A stretch of DNA of 64,000 nt from an uncultured Planctomycetales bacterium (GTDB taxonomy: Bacteria > Omnitrophota > Gorgyraeia > Zapsychrales > Fredricksoniimonadaceae), in NCBI GenBank assembly GCA_964520655.1, contig CAZFNI010000009.1, positions 5,909 to 69,908 of the forward strand, in the 5' to 3' direction. This document shows positions 47,893 to 56,075 of this stretch, piece by piece. The translations under genes and the position numbers were made by a program. The notes beneath the pieces are model-generated. The model worked only from the letters and a program-made list of their open reading frames with translations. It had not been told where the DNA came from and did not search any database. Position 1 is the first letter of the stretch. The number at the start of each line of letters is the position of its first letter.

Positions 47893-50334
47893 TCAGATCA
47901 TGGGATAGGTTATCTCCGGCGGTATTTGCGGCTTGCCCAGCAAAAATCCCTGGCCTGAGGTGACGCCCATATCGATCAAGACCTTTAAATCATCTTCAGT
48001 TTCGATGCCCTCGGCAATAACCCTGGCCTTGCAGCTTTCGATGACGCGTAGCAGCCTCTGGAAACTATAACGTTTGTGCTCCTCCTTGGAGATATTCCAC
48101 ACGATCTTCTTATCGATCTTGACAATGTCCGGCTCTAGCAGGATCAATGTTTCCACCGAACTGCGGCCGAACCCATAATCATCCAGCGCGATCAAGACCC
48201 CTTCCTTCCGCAGTTGTTTGATCGCGGGCAGCAGATAAAGCGGGTCGCCTAAGATCTGCTGTTCATTGAGCTCAAGGCAATAGGTAATGTCCTTACCCGC
48301 GCAAAAAAGGTCCTGCAGCAGGACATCGACCGGGATCTCGACCAATGTCGACGGAAAAATATTAATGTGCACGTTCCTGGCCAGCGGCACGCTTTTGATG
48401 GCATTCAAACAGGTCTTCAAGCACGCGTAATCCACGATCCCCAGCAGGTCCGTGTTGCGGGCAAATGTCAAAAATGTGTCGGGAGAGTGATACCCTTCAT
48501 AGTCCAGGCGCGATAAAAGCTCATACCCTGTTTTTGTTTTGTCCTTTAGATTACAGATCGGCTGAAATGCCGCGTAGAACTTCTTACCCTCCACGAGGAC
48601 TTTCTTGAATTCCGCCGAGGCATCAGGCGTTTTCAAGTCGACCTGTCCCTGTTTGCTTTGATAGGCGATGCGGTTCTTCCCCTGGCCTTTACTTAGATGC
48701 AGCGCCAAATGCAACTTCTGCAGCAGTCCATCAATGGTGATCGGGCCGTCCCCCAACGGTACGACGCCGATGCTGCATGTCGCTGAAATATCTTCTCCAG
48801 AAGGGACGGTGACCATCGCCTGGGAGATCGCGACCCGGATCTTATCCGCGACCATCACCGCTTCCGCTTCACGGCTGTCGATCAGGAGCACCATGAACTC
48901 ATCGCCCCCAACCCTAGCGACATAATCCGTCTGGCGTATCGTCTGGTGGATCTTCTGCGATACAGCCACCAGAATAGCGTCGCCGATCCCATGCCCGTAG
49001 CCGTCATTGATCTGCTTGAAATTATCCAGGTCCAAAAGCAGCACCTGCACACTTAAACCCACACGCTTGTTCATGGTCACGGTCGTCGATAAAATATCCC
49101 CCAACCCTCTGCGGTTGAGCACTCCCGTCAAAGGATCATGCACCGACATCTCGCGTAATTCCTGCGACAGTGACCGCAGCTGCTCCTCCACCTCCTGGCG
49201 CTTGACCACTTCTTTTTCCAGCTCGTCGCGCGAGGCCATGGTCTTTTTTAAATTATTCACCATTTCATCAAAGGTCCGAGATAACTGACCCACCTCATCG
49301 TTGGTGGTCATACCGACCTTATGGTCAAGATTGCCAAGCCCAATGATGCGGACGCCTTTCTGCAGCTTATGGATAGGCCTGGCGATCGAGCGCGCGAACA
49401 CAAAGGAGCTGAAAACGATCATCAGTAAAATGACCAGGCTTATGGAAATAAAAAGAACCCGCATATTCACAACAGGAGCCAACACTTCCGCCATATCGAT
49501 CTGGGTCACGATCCCCCACTCTAAAGACGGGACCGAAGAAAAGACTGAAAGGACTTTCTCTCCTCTATAATCAATATTCTCGCTGATCTCATCAAGCGAT
49601 AAGGCCGGAAGCTCTTTTTTCAGCACCGCATCAGGATCATGCTTGAGCGGGCTGATATGCAAATATTTGCCACCCGGCAATTTCTTGACTAAATATGTTT
49701 CCCCAGTCTTTCCGACGCTGGTGTTGTTGGACAAAAACCCGTAAACAAGCTGCATATCAACGACCAAAACAGCATAACCGCACATCTTGCCATCCGCATC
49801 ATTGACAGCCGTGGTCATGAACACCACCACCGGATGATGCTCATCCGGTTTGGATAATGGATCACTGATCCAGACATCTTCCCTGGCTTTCGCCAGCTCT
49901 TCTGGCGTGAAAATGACCTTATCACGATATTCCCTTAAATGCGCGGGGTCGATACCGAAGACGACCTTGCCTTTTGAGTCCAGCAGCATAATGTCCGCGT
50001 ACTGATAGGAATTCATGAACGCCAGCAGCTGGTCCGTCAGGCGGCCGGCAGCCTTCATATAGGCGAAATTGTAACGGTCCTTGTCGAACTGCTGCAACGT
50101 CGGCAGATTGGTCTTCACATCCAGAAACCCGCCCACGGCTTTGAGATCTTCTTTACGCGAAGCAAAAAATGTTTCCAGACGGTCCTTGTTAAGCGCCGCG
50201 ACAATATTTAAGCGCTCATGGATCTCTTTGGTCAGCTCTTTTTCCGCGCTGTAAAAAAATAAATTAGCCACAATGACGATCGGGATGATCGCCAGGCTTA
50301 AGAACAGGATGGTCAGTCGCGTGAATAAACGCAT
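47893..50334 (-). CDS. Cache-sensor / HAMP / GGDEF / EAL c-di-GMP signalling protein
   Basis: TM, periplasmic domain, TM, HAMP. The GGDEF domain has RVGGDEF. The EAL domain has ELL, DDYGFG and KIDKK variants. Confidence 0.85.
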   Translation of the reverse strand: MRLFTRLTILFLSLAIIPIVIVANLFFYSAEKELTKEIHERLNIVAALNKDRLETFFASRKEDLKAVGGFLDVKTNLPTLQQFDKDRYNFAYMKAAGRLTDQLLAFMNSYQYADIMLLDSKGKVVFGIDPAHLREYRDKVIFTPEELAKAREDVWISDPLSKPDEHHPVVVFMTTAVNDADGKMCGYAVLVVDMQLVYGFLSNNTSVGKTGETYLVKKLPGGKYLHISPLKHDPDAVLKKELPALSLDEISENIDYRGEKVLSVFSSVPSLEWGIVTQIDMAEVLAPVVNMRVLFISISLVILLMIVFSSFVFARSIARPIHKLQKGVRIIGLGNLDHKVGMTTNDEVGQLSRTFDEMVNNLKKTMASRDELEKEVVKRQEVEEQLRSLSQELREMSVHDPLTGVLNRRGLGDILSTTVTMNKRVGLSVQVLLLDLDNFKQINDGYGHGIGDAILVAVSQKIHQTIRQTDYVARVGGDEFMVLLIDSREAEAVMVADKIRVAISQAMVTVPSGEDISATCSIGVVPLGDGPITIDGLLQKLHLALHLSKGQGKNRIAYQSKQGQVDLKTPDASAEFKKVLVEGKKFYAAFQPICNLKDKTKTGYELLSRLDYEGYHSPDTFLTFARNTDLLGIVDYACLKTCLNAIKSVPLARNVHINIFPSTLVEIPVDVLLQDLFCAGKDITYCLELNEQQILGDPLYLLPAIKQLRKEGVLIALDDYGFGRSSVETLILLEPDIVKIDKKIVWNISKEEHKRYSFQRLLRVIESCKARVIAEGIETEDDLKVLIDMGVTSGQGFLLGKPQIPPEITYPMI

Positions 50335-50434
50335 AGGTTACGTGTTAATCCTTGGATATCAACAGCTTATAATAACATACGTCTTTTCTTCTATCCTATA
50401 AGGGTAGCATATTTACACTTAAAAAACAAAACGC

Positions 50435-51385
50435 CTACCCTATTAGCCGGTCTCTTTTGCGGACAAGGTAAAACAAAATGATCAAGACGCATATGGCGAC
50501 GGCTTCACCTGCCAAGCGATCCATATTATCCAATGATCCCATCAACCCTGCGGCCGCATAAACAACATAGTCTCCCAATGCAACAAAAACCATGTTGGGC
50601 AGTTGAAAATACTGCCCCCTCTTAAGGAACAAAAAGAACAAGGCATAAAGGGTCAACGTGAGCGCCGCCTGTATGGGGACAACCCAATGAAGGCTGGCGA
50701 TGATAGCAGGAATAATGAACAGCCCCAACATCGCGCCTCCCACTAACAGGGACCGGCCGTGCCTGATCAGCTTCGTATGCTCTGCCGCCAGATCAATGTC
50801 CCATGCTTTCGGCCATTTGCGCGCGATGACGATCAACACAATGATAAGCGCAGCGAAGATGAATAAATAAACCGGATCCGTTCCTTTATGGACCACCAGA
50901 AAGAACAGGCTGCCTGCGATCAAATAGAAACAAGCTGCTGCCGCCAATCCCGGGCGAGGAAAATCCTTATCCCGGCCCAAAGTGGGATAAAGAAAACGCG
51001 CCAGGATAACAGGATAGAATACCGCGTGGCAGGCGTGCCAGAATATAATGACCATTGCCCACGGCAGATTGACGCCCCACACATCATGCCCCGCGAAAGC
51101 GGCAACAGGGACTTTCTGGTCGGTCATTAACAGGGTTTTCGCCAAAACCCCTTCATTAAAGATCCCATACGCGAGCCCGAGGATAAAAACCCCGACAACG
51201 TTCAGATCCCAGCGGACCATCAACACATAGATCAAATAGACCGGAATACAATACGCAAAAAAAAGGAAGAAATACCCGACGGGCGAGAAAACCTGCGTGA
51301 ATGATTGGTTGGTGGTCAGCGATTCCGTCAATACCGGTATCGCCAAGAATAACCATCCCTGCCTGAAAAACCCCCATCTATTCAT
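50435..51385 (-). CDS. polytopic membrane protein of unknown function
   Basis: About 8 predicted TM segments and no motif I recognise. It is adjacent to a PEP-CTERM protein. Confidence 0.45.
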   Translation of the reverse strand: MNRWGFFRQGWLFLAIPVLTESLTTNQSFTQVFSPVGYFFLFFAYCIPVYLIYVLMVRWDLNVVGVFILGLAYGIFNEGVLAKTLLMTDQKVPVAAFAGHDVWGVNLPWAMVIIFWHACHAVFYPVILARFLYPTLGRDKDFPRPGLAAAACFYLIAGSLFFLVVHKGTDPVYLFIFAALIIVLIVIARKWPKAWDIDLAAEHTKLIRHGRSLLVGGAMLGLFIIPAIIASLHWVVPIQAALTLTLYALFFLFLKRGQYFQLPNMVFVALGDYVVYAAAGLMGSLDNMDRLAGEAVAICVLIILFYLVRKRDRLIG

Positions 51386-51402
51386 TAGCTTTCAGTCTAG
51401 CC

Positions 51403-51440
51403 CAAAGAAAAACCCTCTGCAATGAATTTCATCGCAGAGG
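51403..51440 (-). terminator. rho-independent terminator after the PEP-CTERM gene
   Basis: Minus-strand RNA reads CCCUCUGCGAUGAAAUUCAUUGCAGAGGG followed by UUUUUCUUUGGG. Confidence 0.6.
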
Positions 51441-51463
51441 GCAATATACATCATCGTTAGATA

Positions 51464-51961
51464 CTAACGTTTTCTATTCTTTAAGATCATCCCGGCCAAG
51501 CCCATCCCCATCAAAGACAAAGACATCGGTTCAGGTACAGGGACAGCCGATTCCGTGTCACTGGTTGGGCTTTCGGTTAAAGGTAGTGATCGTGAACCTT
51601 CGTCAATGGGACCGTCACCTGGGATATCTTCAAAAGGGCCATCTTCCCCTGGACCGTCATCTTCGACATGATCCTTGCGGGCTTCTCTCATGAATGGATC
51701 ATCATGATGTGGCTCATCGTCAACTAAACTCGCAGGTTTGAAATCTTCCTCACCGCCATAGCCGGATCCGTCTGGACCGAAGGAATCCCCTTCTTCTGTG
51801 GAATCAGGGACCCAATGCCCAGCCACAAAATGACCTCCGCGGGCATGCTTCTTCTTGAACATCCCCATGGCCCAGGACGGCTGTGAAGTGACAACCATCG
51901 CCAAAACCATTAAAAAAACACTTACTGTGATCTTACGCATTTTGCTCTCCTTGGTGAACAT
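51464..51961 (-). CDS. PEP-CTERM-anchored acidic low-complexity secreted protein
   Basis: Signal peptide and a G/D/E/P/H-rich body. C-terminus is VPEP + MSLSLMGMGLAGMIL + KNRKR, which is the PEP / hydrophobic helix / basic tail layout. Confidence 0.65.
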   Translation of the reverse strand: MFTKESKMRKITVSVFLMVLAMVVTSQPSWAMGMFKKKHARGGHFVAGHWVPDSTEEGDSFGPDGSGYGGEEDFKPASLVDDEPHHDDPFMREARKDHVEDDGPGEDGPFEDIPGDGPIDEGSRSLPLTESPTSDTESAVPVPEPMSLSLMGMGLAGMILKNRKR

Positions 51962-52110
51962 TGTGGAATGTATGCCACATAAAGAAAGCGTTTGCCAGTC
52001 GACGGGGCAAAATAGTTTATAGACGCGCGGAAGGTGCTGGGAAATAGAGGTTTATGACGGGTTTATTCGCTCAAAATAAGAGGCGCGCCGTGTAAATGTC
52101 CCCAAACGCC

Positions 52111-52123
52111 CCCCAACGGGATT
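52111..52123. repeat. degenerate copy of the tRNA-Glu 3' end (13/13 identity to CCCCAACGGGATT)
   Basis: Compared by eye with 56079-56091. Confidence 0.4.
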
Positions 52124-52194
52124 CCCGCGGCATGTCAAAAGGCATAAGCAGGGATCAAATTCAAACTAAATAAGATATTAAGGAAACCACCAAT

Positions 52195-52225
52195 AAAAAA
52201 GACCGCGCAAGGCGGTCATTTTTAT
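52195..52225 (-). terminator. rho-independent terminator downstream of the TIR operon
   Basis: Minus-strand RNA GACCGCCUUGCGCGGUC followed by UUUUUUAUUGG. Confidence 0.5.
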
Positions 52226-52227
52226 TG

Positions 52228-52242
52228 GTAGCCCCAACGGGA
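52228..52242. repeat. 15-bp exact direct repeat of the tRNA-Glu 3' end (GTAGCCCCAACGGGA), candidate attL
   Basis: Identical to 56075-56089. That copy covers the 3' 14 nt of the tRNA plus one flanking base. Confidence 0.65.
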
Positions 52243-52305
52243 GGAAACACCATTGTCGTCGCTGACAAGTGGTTTCACCACCAAAACCACCACCAATTTC
52301 TTGGA

Positions 52306-52842
52306 TTAACCTTTACTCTTTACCCAATCACCTAACTTAGGTATCGCCTTAGGCATTAAGGGGTCGTTTACCCATATATAGTGATCAGTTTTATCAATTA
52401 GAGGATATAAGCTTAAGTACTCTGTACCAATAAAAGAACTGTCGCTTGTATCTAATATTGGTAATATGGCGACAAGATTTCTATAGGCATCAAAATAACC
52501 TAATTCCCAAGGCATCCATTTTGACGAGGGACTGTTCTCAGAGGAGCAATAAATCAAGCTTCTTGATTGTCGCATCCGTTTTCTGAGAATTTCAGCCGTT
52601 TGTTTATTGACCTTATTTCTGTCTAAATTAGTTGGTTCTGATAACCAGTCAACATAACATTTTAAACCAAAGGTGGTTTCGATATAGCTTTTTAGTTTAC
52701 GAATATATTTTTTGTCTGCATAGCTATGTGACAAAAAAATATCGAATGTGTCCCTGTCACTAATGATGGGGCGGGATGCATTTTCAAACAAACGTGTCTC
52801 GTTGGTAGATTCTTCCAACATCGCTTTAGTAAAGAATTTCAT
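52306..52842 (-). CDS. TIR-domain protein (canonical bacterial TIR)
   Basis: 178 aa. FDIFLSHSYADKKYIRKL is a betaA-type motif. SRSLIYCSSENSPSSKWMPWELGYF is the S-x-W-x-x-x-EL motif and includes the conserved Glu. Confidence 0.7.
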   Translation of the reverse strand: MKFFTKAMLEESTNETRLFENASRPIISDRDTFDIFLSHSYADKKYIRKLKSYIETTFGLKCYVDWLSEPTNLDRNKVNKQTAEILRKRMRQSRSLIYCSSENSPSSKWMPWELGYFDAYRNLVAILPILDTSDSSFIGTEYLSLYPLIDKTDHYIWVNDPLMPKAIPKLGDWVKSKG

Positions 52843-52849
52843 ATAGCTC

Positions 52850-53734
52850 CTAATTTATACGTTTTGCACACCACATAGTGTGTTCCCTAGATATTGCATT
52901 CTCAGCATTAATAATATAATCAGAGAAATCTTTTTCATCTTTAACATGTTCACCTAGGCTTTCTATGCAAGTCAATTCGTGCTCAGCCATTGAGTATGCT
53001 TGGCTAAGTTCGCTGTGTTTTTTTATCTGAATCCATGCACAAAATATCGCGACTAAAGTTGTTATGGATCCTATAGGATTAAACCAAACTTCGGGAAAGA
53101 AAATTAGCAATACAGCAACAATAATACCAACAATTTCTCCTCCTAAGATTATGAAAAACCATAAATTCTCCTGGTCTTCATTAAGTTTAGATTTACGTTT
53201 ATACCAGTGTTTTTGATCTATGATCCGTTGAGGAACATAGAGTTTTTTTCTTTCTTCAAGTGAAAGAGCTCTAATCTGCTTCATTCTTACTGATATTTGT
53301 TTCTCGCCATTGGAACAAGAAGCCATTACAGCATGCACTTCGGGATGGGATCTAAATATTTCATCTAATTCTTCAATAAATTTTTTGTCAACGTCTACTG
53401 CGGACAAATTTAATTGATATGGGTGGGCTCCCATAATATAGCGCCATGTAGCTGTCTTAACTGATTCTGCAATGGCTCGTGTGTTAAACCAGTTATCATC
53501 CCACTTTCTAATTTTTATACATAGGCGGGATAAAAAGGCAAAAAAGAGCATCACTGCCGTAATTATGGCTAAAGTAGTGCAGGTTGCTACGTTGGTTAAA
53601 ATGAAACCTCCGGAAACCGCTGCACAAAACACAAAAAAGAATTCTGCTTTAGATGCCTTAAGATAACACTCTTGTTGCTGGATTGACACCGCATCACTTT
53701 TTTGAAATAAGGCAGGGTAGTCCGAAGGCTTCAT
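52850..53734 (-). CDS. membrane protein with two 2TM modules, SLATT-like (tandem SLATT_1/SLATT_3-type architecture is inferred)
   Basis: 294 aa. TM pairs at about 28-68 and 185-225, each preceded by a polar helix and followed by W-x-Y / E-H-E-L-type helices (TATWRYIMG). The gaps to the neighbouring genes are 7 and 10 nt. Confidence 0.4.
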   Translation of the reverse strand: MKPSDYPALFQKSDAVSIQQQECYLKASKAEFFFVFCAAVSGGFILTNVATCTTLAIITAVMLFFAFLSRLCIKIRKWDDNWFNTRAIAESVKTATWRYIMGAHPYQLNLSAVDVDKKFIEELDEIFRSHPEVHAVMASCSNGEKQISVRMKQIRALSLEERKKLYVPQRIIDQKHWYKRKSKLNEDQENLWFFIILGGEIVGIIVAVLLIFFPEVWFNPIGSITTLVAIFCAWIQIKKHSELSQAYSMAEHELTCIESLGEHVKDEKDFSDYIINAENAISREHTMWCAKRIN

Positions 53735-53744
53735 TTTATTCTCC

Positions 53745-54218
53745 TTAAACAGTTGCTAATTCACGATAAAAAGCTTCGTTATAAACGTAATTACCCGAAG
53801 CATTCATTTTGTAATTCTGTATTGCATGTGCGAGTATGCGTGGTGAGAATGGAACAAACACTGCTCCAATATTTTTTATGATAGGGGGACAAGTTTCTTC
53901 TATCATTTGTTTAGAGCCGTCTAGGTTAACTCCAATAATTACACATTTTTTTTCAATTGCGACTTCCGCCTCCCAACGTACATACTTATGTTTGCTTTTA
54001 GTATCTTTGCCAATCAACATAACATATTTACTTGCCATATTGATTCTTTCGCGGCACCTACTCTTGATGTATGCCTCATCTTCAGAACGGATTTCATTTT
54101 CCAACTGGCAATCAGCAAAATCAAAATCAATCTTCTCATTCGCTTTCCAAGCCTGCATTAAACGGTAAAAATGAATATCCGTACTGCTGAAACCTACAAA
54201 GGTTCTTGGTAGTCCCAT
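53745..54218 (-). CDS. ThsB-like TIR-like protein (DUF1863 / MTH538 TIR-like family)
   Basis: 157 aa. TFVGFSSTDIHFYRLMQAW at the N-terminus, then SKYVMLIGKDTKSKHKYVRWEAEVAIEKKCVIIGVNLDG. This matches the V-x-L-I-G-x-x-T…W-V-x-W-E-I…I-I-G-V pattern as I remember it. Confidence 0.55.
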   Translation of the reverse strand: MGLPRTFVGFSSTDIHFYRLMQAWKANEKIDFDFADCQLENEIRSEDEAYIKSRCRERINMASKYVMLIGKDTKSKHKYVRWEAEVAIEKKCVIIGVNLDGSKQMIEETCPPIIKNIGAVFVPFSPRILAHAIQNYKMNASGNYVYNEAFYRELATV

Positions 54219-54291
54219 TTCGCTCTCCTTAAAATTGAAAATTAAATTAAAATTAGTTTTTGATTTGTCTTAGTACTCAAGCCATAAAAAC

Positions 54292-54333
54292 AGCCCTACC
54301 TTTCTGTTTGCTTCGAACTTGCAAGGTAGGGCC
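54292..54333. promoter_or_regulatory. hairpin / operator-like element in the TIR-operon upstream region
   Basis: AGCCCTACCTT … AAGGTAGGGC form an inverted repeat. A third forward copy, AGGCCCTACCC, sits at 54371-54381. On the minus-strand RNA the stem is followed by UGUUUUUAUGG. Confidence 0.4.
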
Positions 54334-54438
54334 TTATGATCTATACTTAGGCTTAAGCAAAAAGCGACTAAGGCCCTACCCGGTCTGATTGTCGTTAGCG
54401 GTGTAACGTGGGGCCAACCACTTACACCGCGTTTCTTT

Positions 54439-55365
54439 TTAAGACATCTGGTCCTTCCCTTCAGCATAAGGTGCGAAAATTATTGAACGCTCAAGGTCAG
54501 CCTCAGCAATAGCCGTTTGGGTTGACCTGAATGCCGTAAAAATGTTTTCCTTTGTCTCCGACGAACAGTTGTTCAAAATTATCCGGACGCTCTTCGATTC
54601 TTTGGCAAGCACTAACTTTAACCCCATACCGCCACCATCGGCTTCCCAGGCAAATTTCCCCAACAATTCTCCGCCAGAATTCTTAAACTTTGACTCATCG
54701 ACCAATATAAAGATGTTATCGGCATTCTCAATCATAGCTGATTTAACAGCGCACTCCGACGAATTATAGGCCAATAACCCATTAGAAAGACTCAATGTGC
54801 TCGCCGCCAGAAATGCCATCTTAGCCCTAAAGGAACGAAAGAATTCCGCCGCCTTGCCCACCAAACACCGTTCTTCATATAAATACCGTCCACCGGTTAG
54901 GTGCAATCGTATGTTGGGAGGGCACGTGTAGTCTGACGCCGCTACATTATTAGTGATCACATTCAAATTTATATCGTTGACCATAGGATGCAACGAAATC
55001 TCGCGGAACAGAATCTGCGTCGTTGACCCGGCATCAAGAAAGATGACGGTGGGTTCACCCTGATTTTCTTCAATAAAATATTTCTCGATTACAAAGTTGG
55101 CGATGGCCTTCTTCTTATCGGCATTGTCTTGAAACCTACGATTAACCGCACAGTCTTTTACGCCGACAATTTTTGACCGAACACCACCCCGCACTTTCAA
55201 AACCAATCCTTCTTGGTGAAGGCGATCAATGTCCTGCCATACCAATTTGATCGAGGGGTACTTGAACTTTTCCATCAATTCTTCGGAGGTTGCCATGGCC
55301 CGAGTGGTCAACTCCTGAAGAATCTGGATCTTCCTTGTATTTAGGACTTCTTTGGAAACACGCAT
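54439..55365 (-). CDS. DeoR/GlpR-family transcriptional regulator
   Basis: N-terminal HTH and the C-terminal IFLDAGSTT motif of the DeoR sensor domain. Confidence 0.7.
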   Translation of the reverse strand: MRVSKEVLNTRKIQILQELTTRAMATSEELMEKFKYPSIKLVWQDIDRLHQEGLVLKVRGGVRSKIVGVKDCAVNRRFQDNADKKKAIANFVIEKYFIEENQGEPTVIFLDAGSTTQILFREISLHPMVNDINLNVITNNVAASDYTCPPNIRLHLTGGRYLYEERCLVGKAAEFFRSFRAKMAFLAASTLSLSNGLLAYNSSECAVKSAMIENADNIFILVDESKFKNSGGELLGKFAWEADGGGMGLKLVLAKESKSVRIILNNCSSETKENIFTAFRSTQTAIAEADLERSIIFAPYAEGKDQMS

Positions 55366-55665
55366 GCCTTACCTCTTAGCAAAAGATTGATCGGAGTGCT
55401 AATATAGCAAGGAATTCTTTATTGTCAAGATTATTTTTGCGGTTATATGTAAAACTTACATAGAATATTCCATAAATACACATATAATATCATATTTTAT
55501 AGAATTATTGAGGGTACTAATAAATCTTGCTGTTGCTCAAAACCTGTCTGGCGCCTTCACTTGTAGCATGAACATCGGGGCTATGATTCGGGGTCTTTGT
55601 AGCCTGTAATGGCCACTATATCCGCTTCTACGCCACTTTCACGAAGCACATCTCCCCCAAATACT

Positions 55666-55962
55666 CTAGATATTTGAATTAACTTTTGGTAATAATCTTT
55701 TCTTTAAAAACGCAAATCCTGATCCCGCCTTAAGATATCGTTCAAAACTTTCAGCCAATACATAGCTTGCAAACGTTATATATGTCTCTACTTTCCACGG
55801 AGCGTAACGCTGACAATACCCTGTTTTTGTACGGTTATGCTCGCCTAAGCGGCGTTGTAGATCTTGGGTCATTCCAATGTATAAACGATTAGGGTCGGTT
55901 TCACTGATAAGAATATAGACGATGTGCATGTGAGTAAACAGGGGAGATTGAATACTTTCCAT
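55666..55962 (-). CDS. GIY-YIG domain protein (small UPF0213-like nuclease family)
   Basis: 98 aa with VYILISETDPNRLYIGMTQDLQRRLGEHN. Confidence 0.7.
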   Translation of the reverse strand: MESIQSPLFTHMHIVYILISETDPNRLYIGMTQDLQRRLGEHNRTKTGYCQRYAPWKVETYITFASYVLAESFERYLKAGSGFAFLKKRLLPKVNSNI

Positions 55963-56075
55963 CGGGGGAAATGGAGCAATGCTTGTATTCTACTTCGCTG
56001 AATACTTACGTGTTCAGCTTCGTAGGAATGTACTCCTGCGAAGCTGACACACGAAAGTGCGTCAGCGTAGCAGAG

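Larger units (their letters stand above)
52243..56075. mobile_element. tRNA-Glu-anchored AT-rich genomic islet (no integrase present). It carries the TIR / 2x2TM / TIR operon, a DeoR regulator and a GIY-YIG gene
   Basis: Bounded by a 15-bp direct repeat of the tRNA 3' end. Composition is visibly lower in GC: I counted about 37 G+C in the first 100 nt of 52306-52405, against roughly 50-55% elsewhere. Confidence 0.5.

Noticed and set aside
54270-54467. 65-aa minus-strand ORF in the DeoR / TIR-operon spacer
   Set aside because: There is no RBS. It spans the hairpin and repeat region and would overlap the DeoR stop. I read the region as regulatory.
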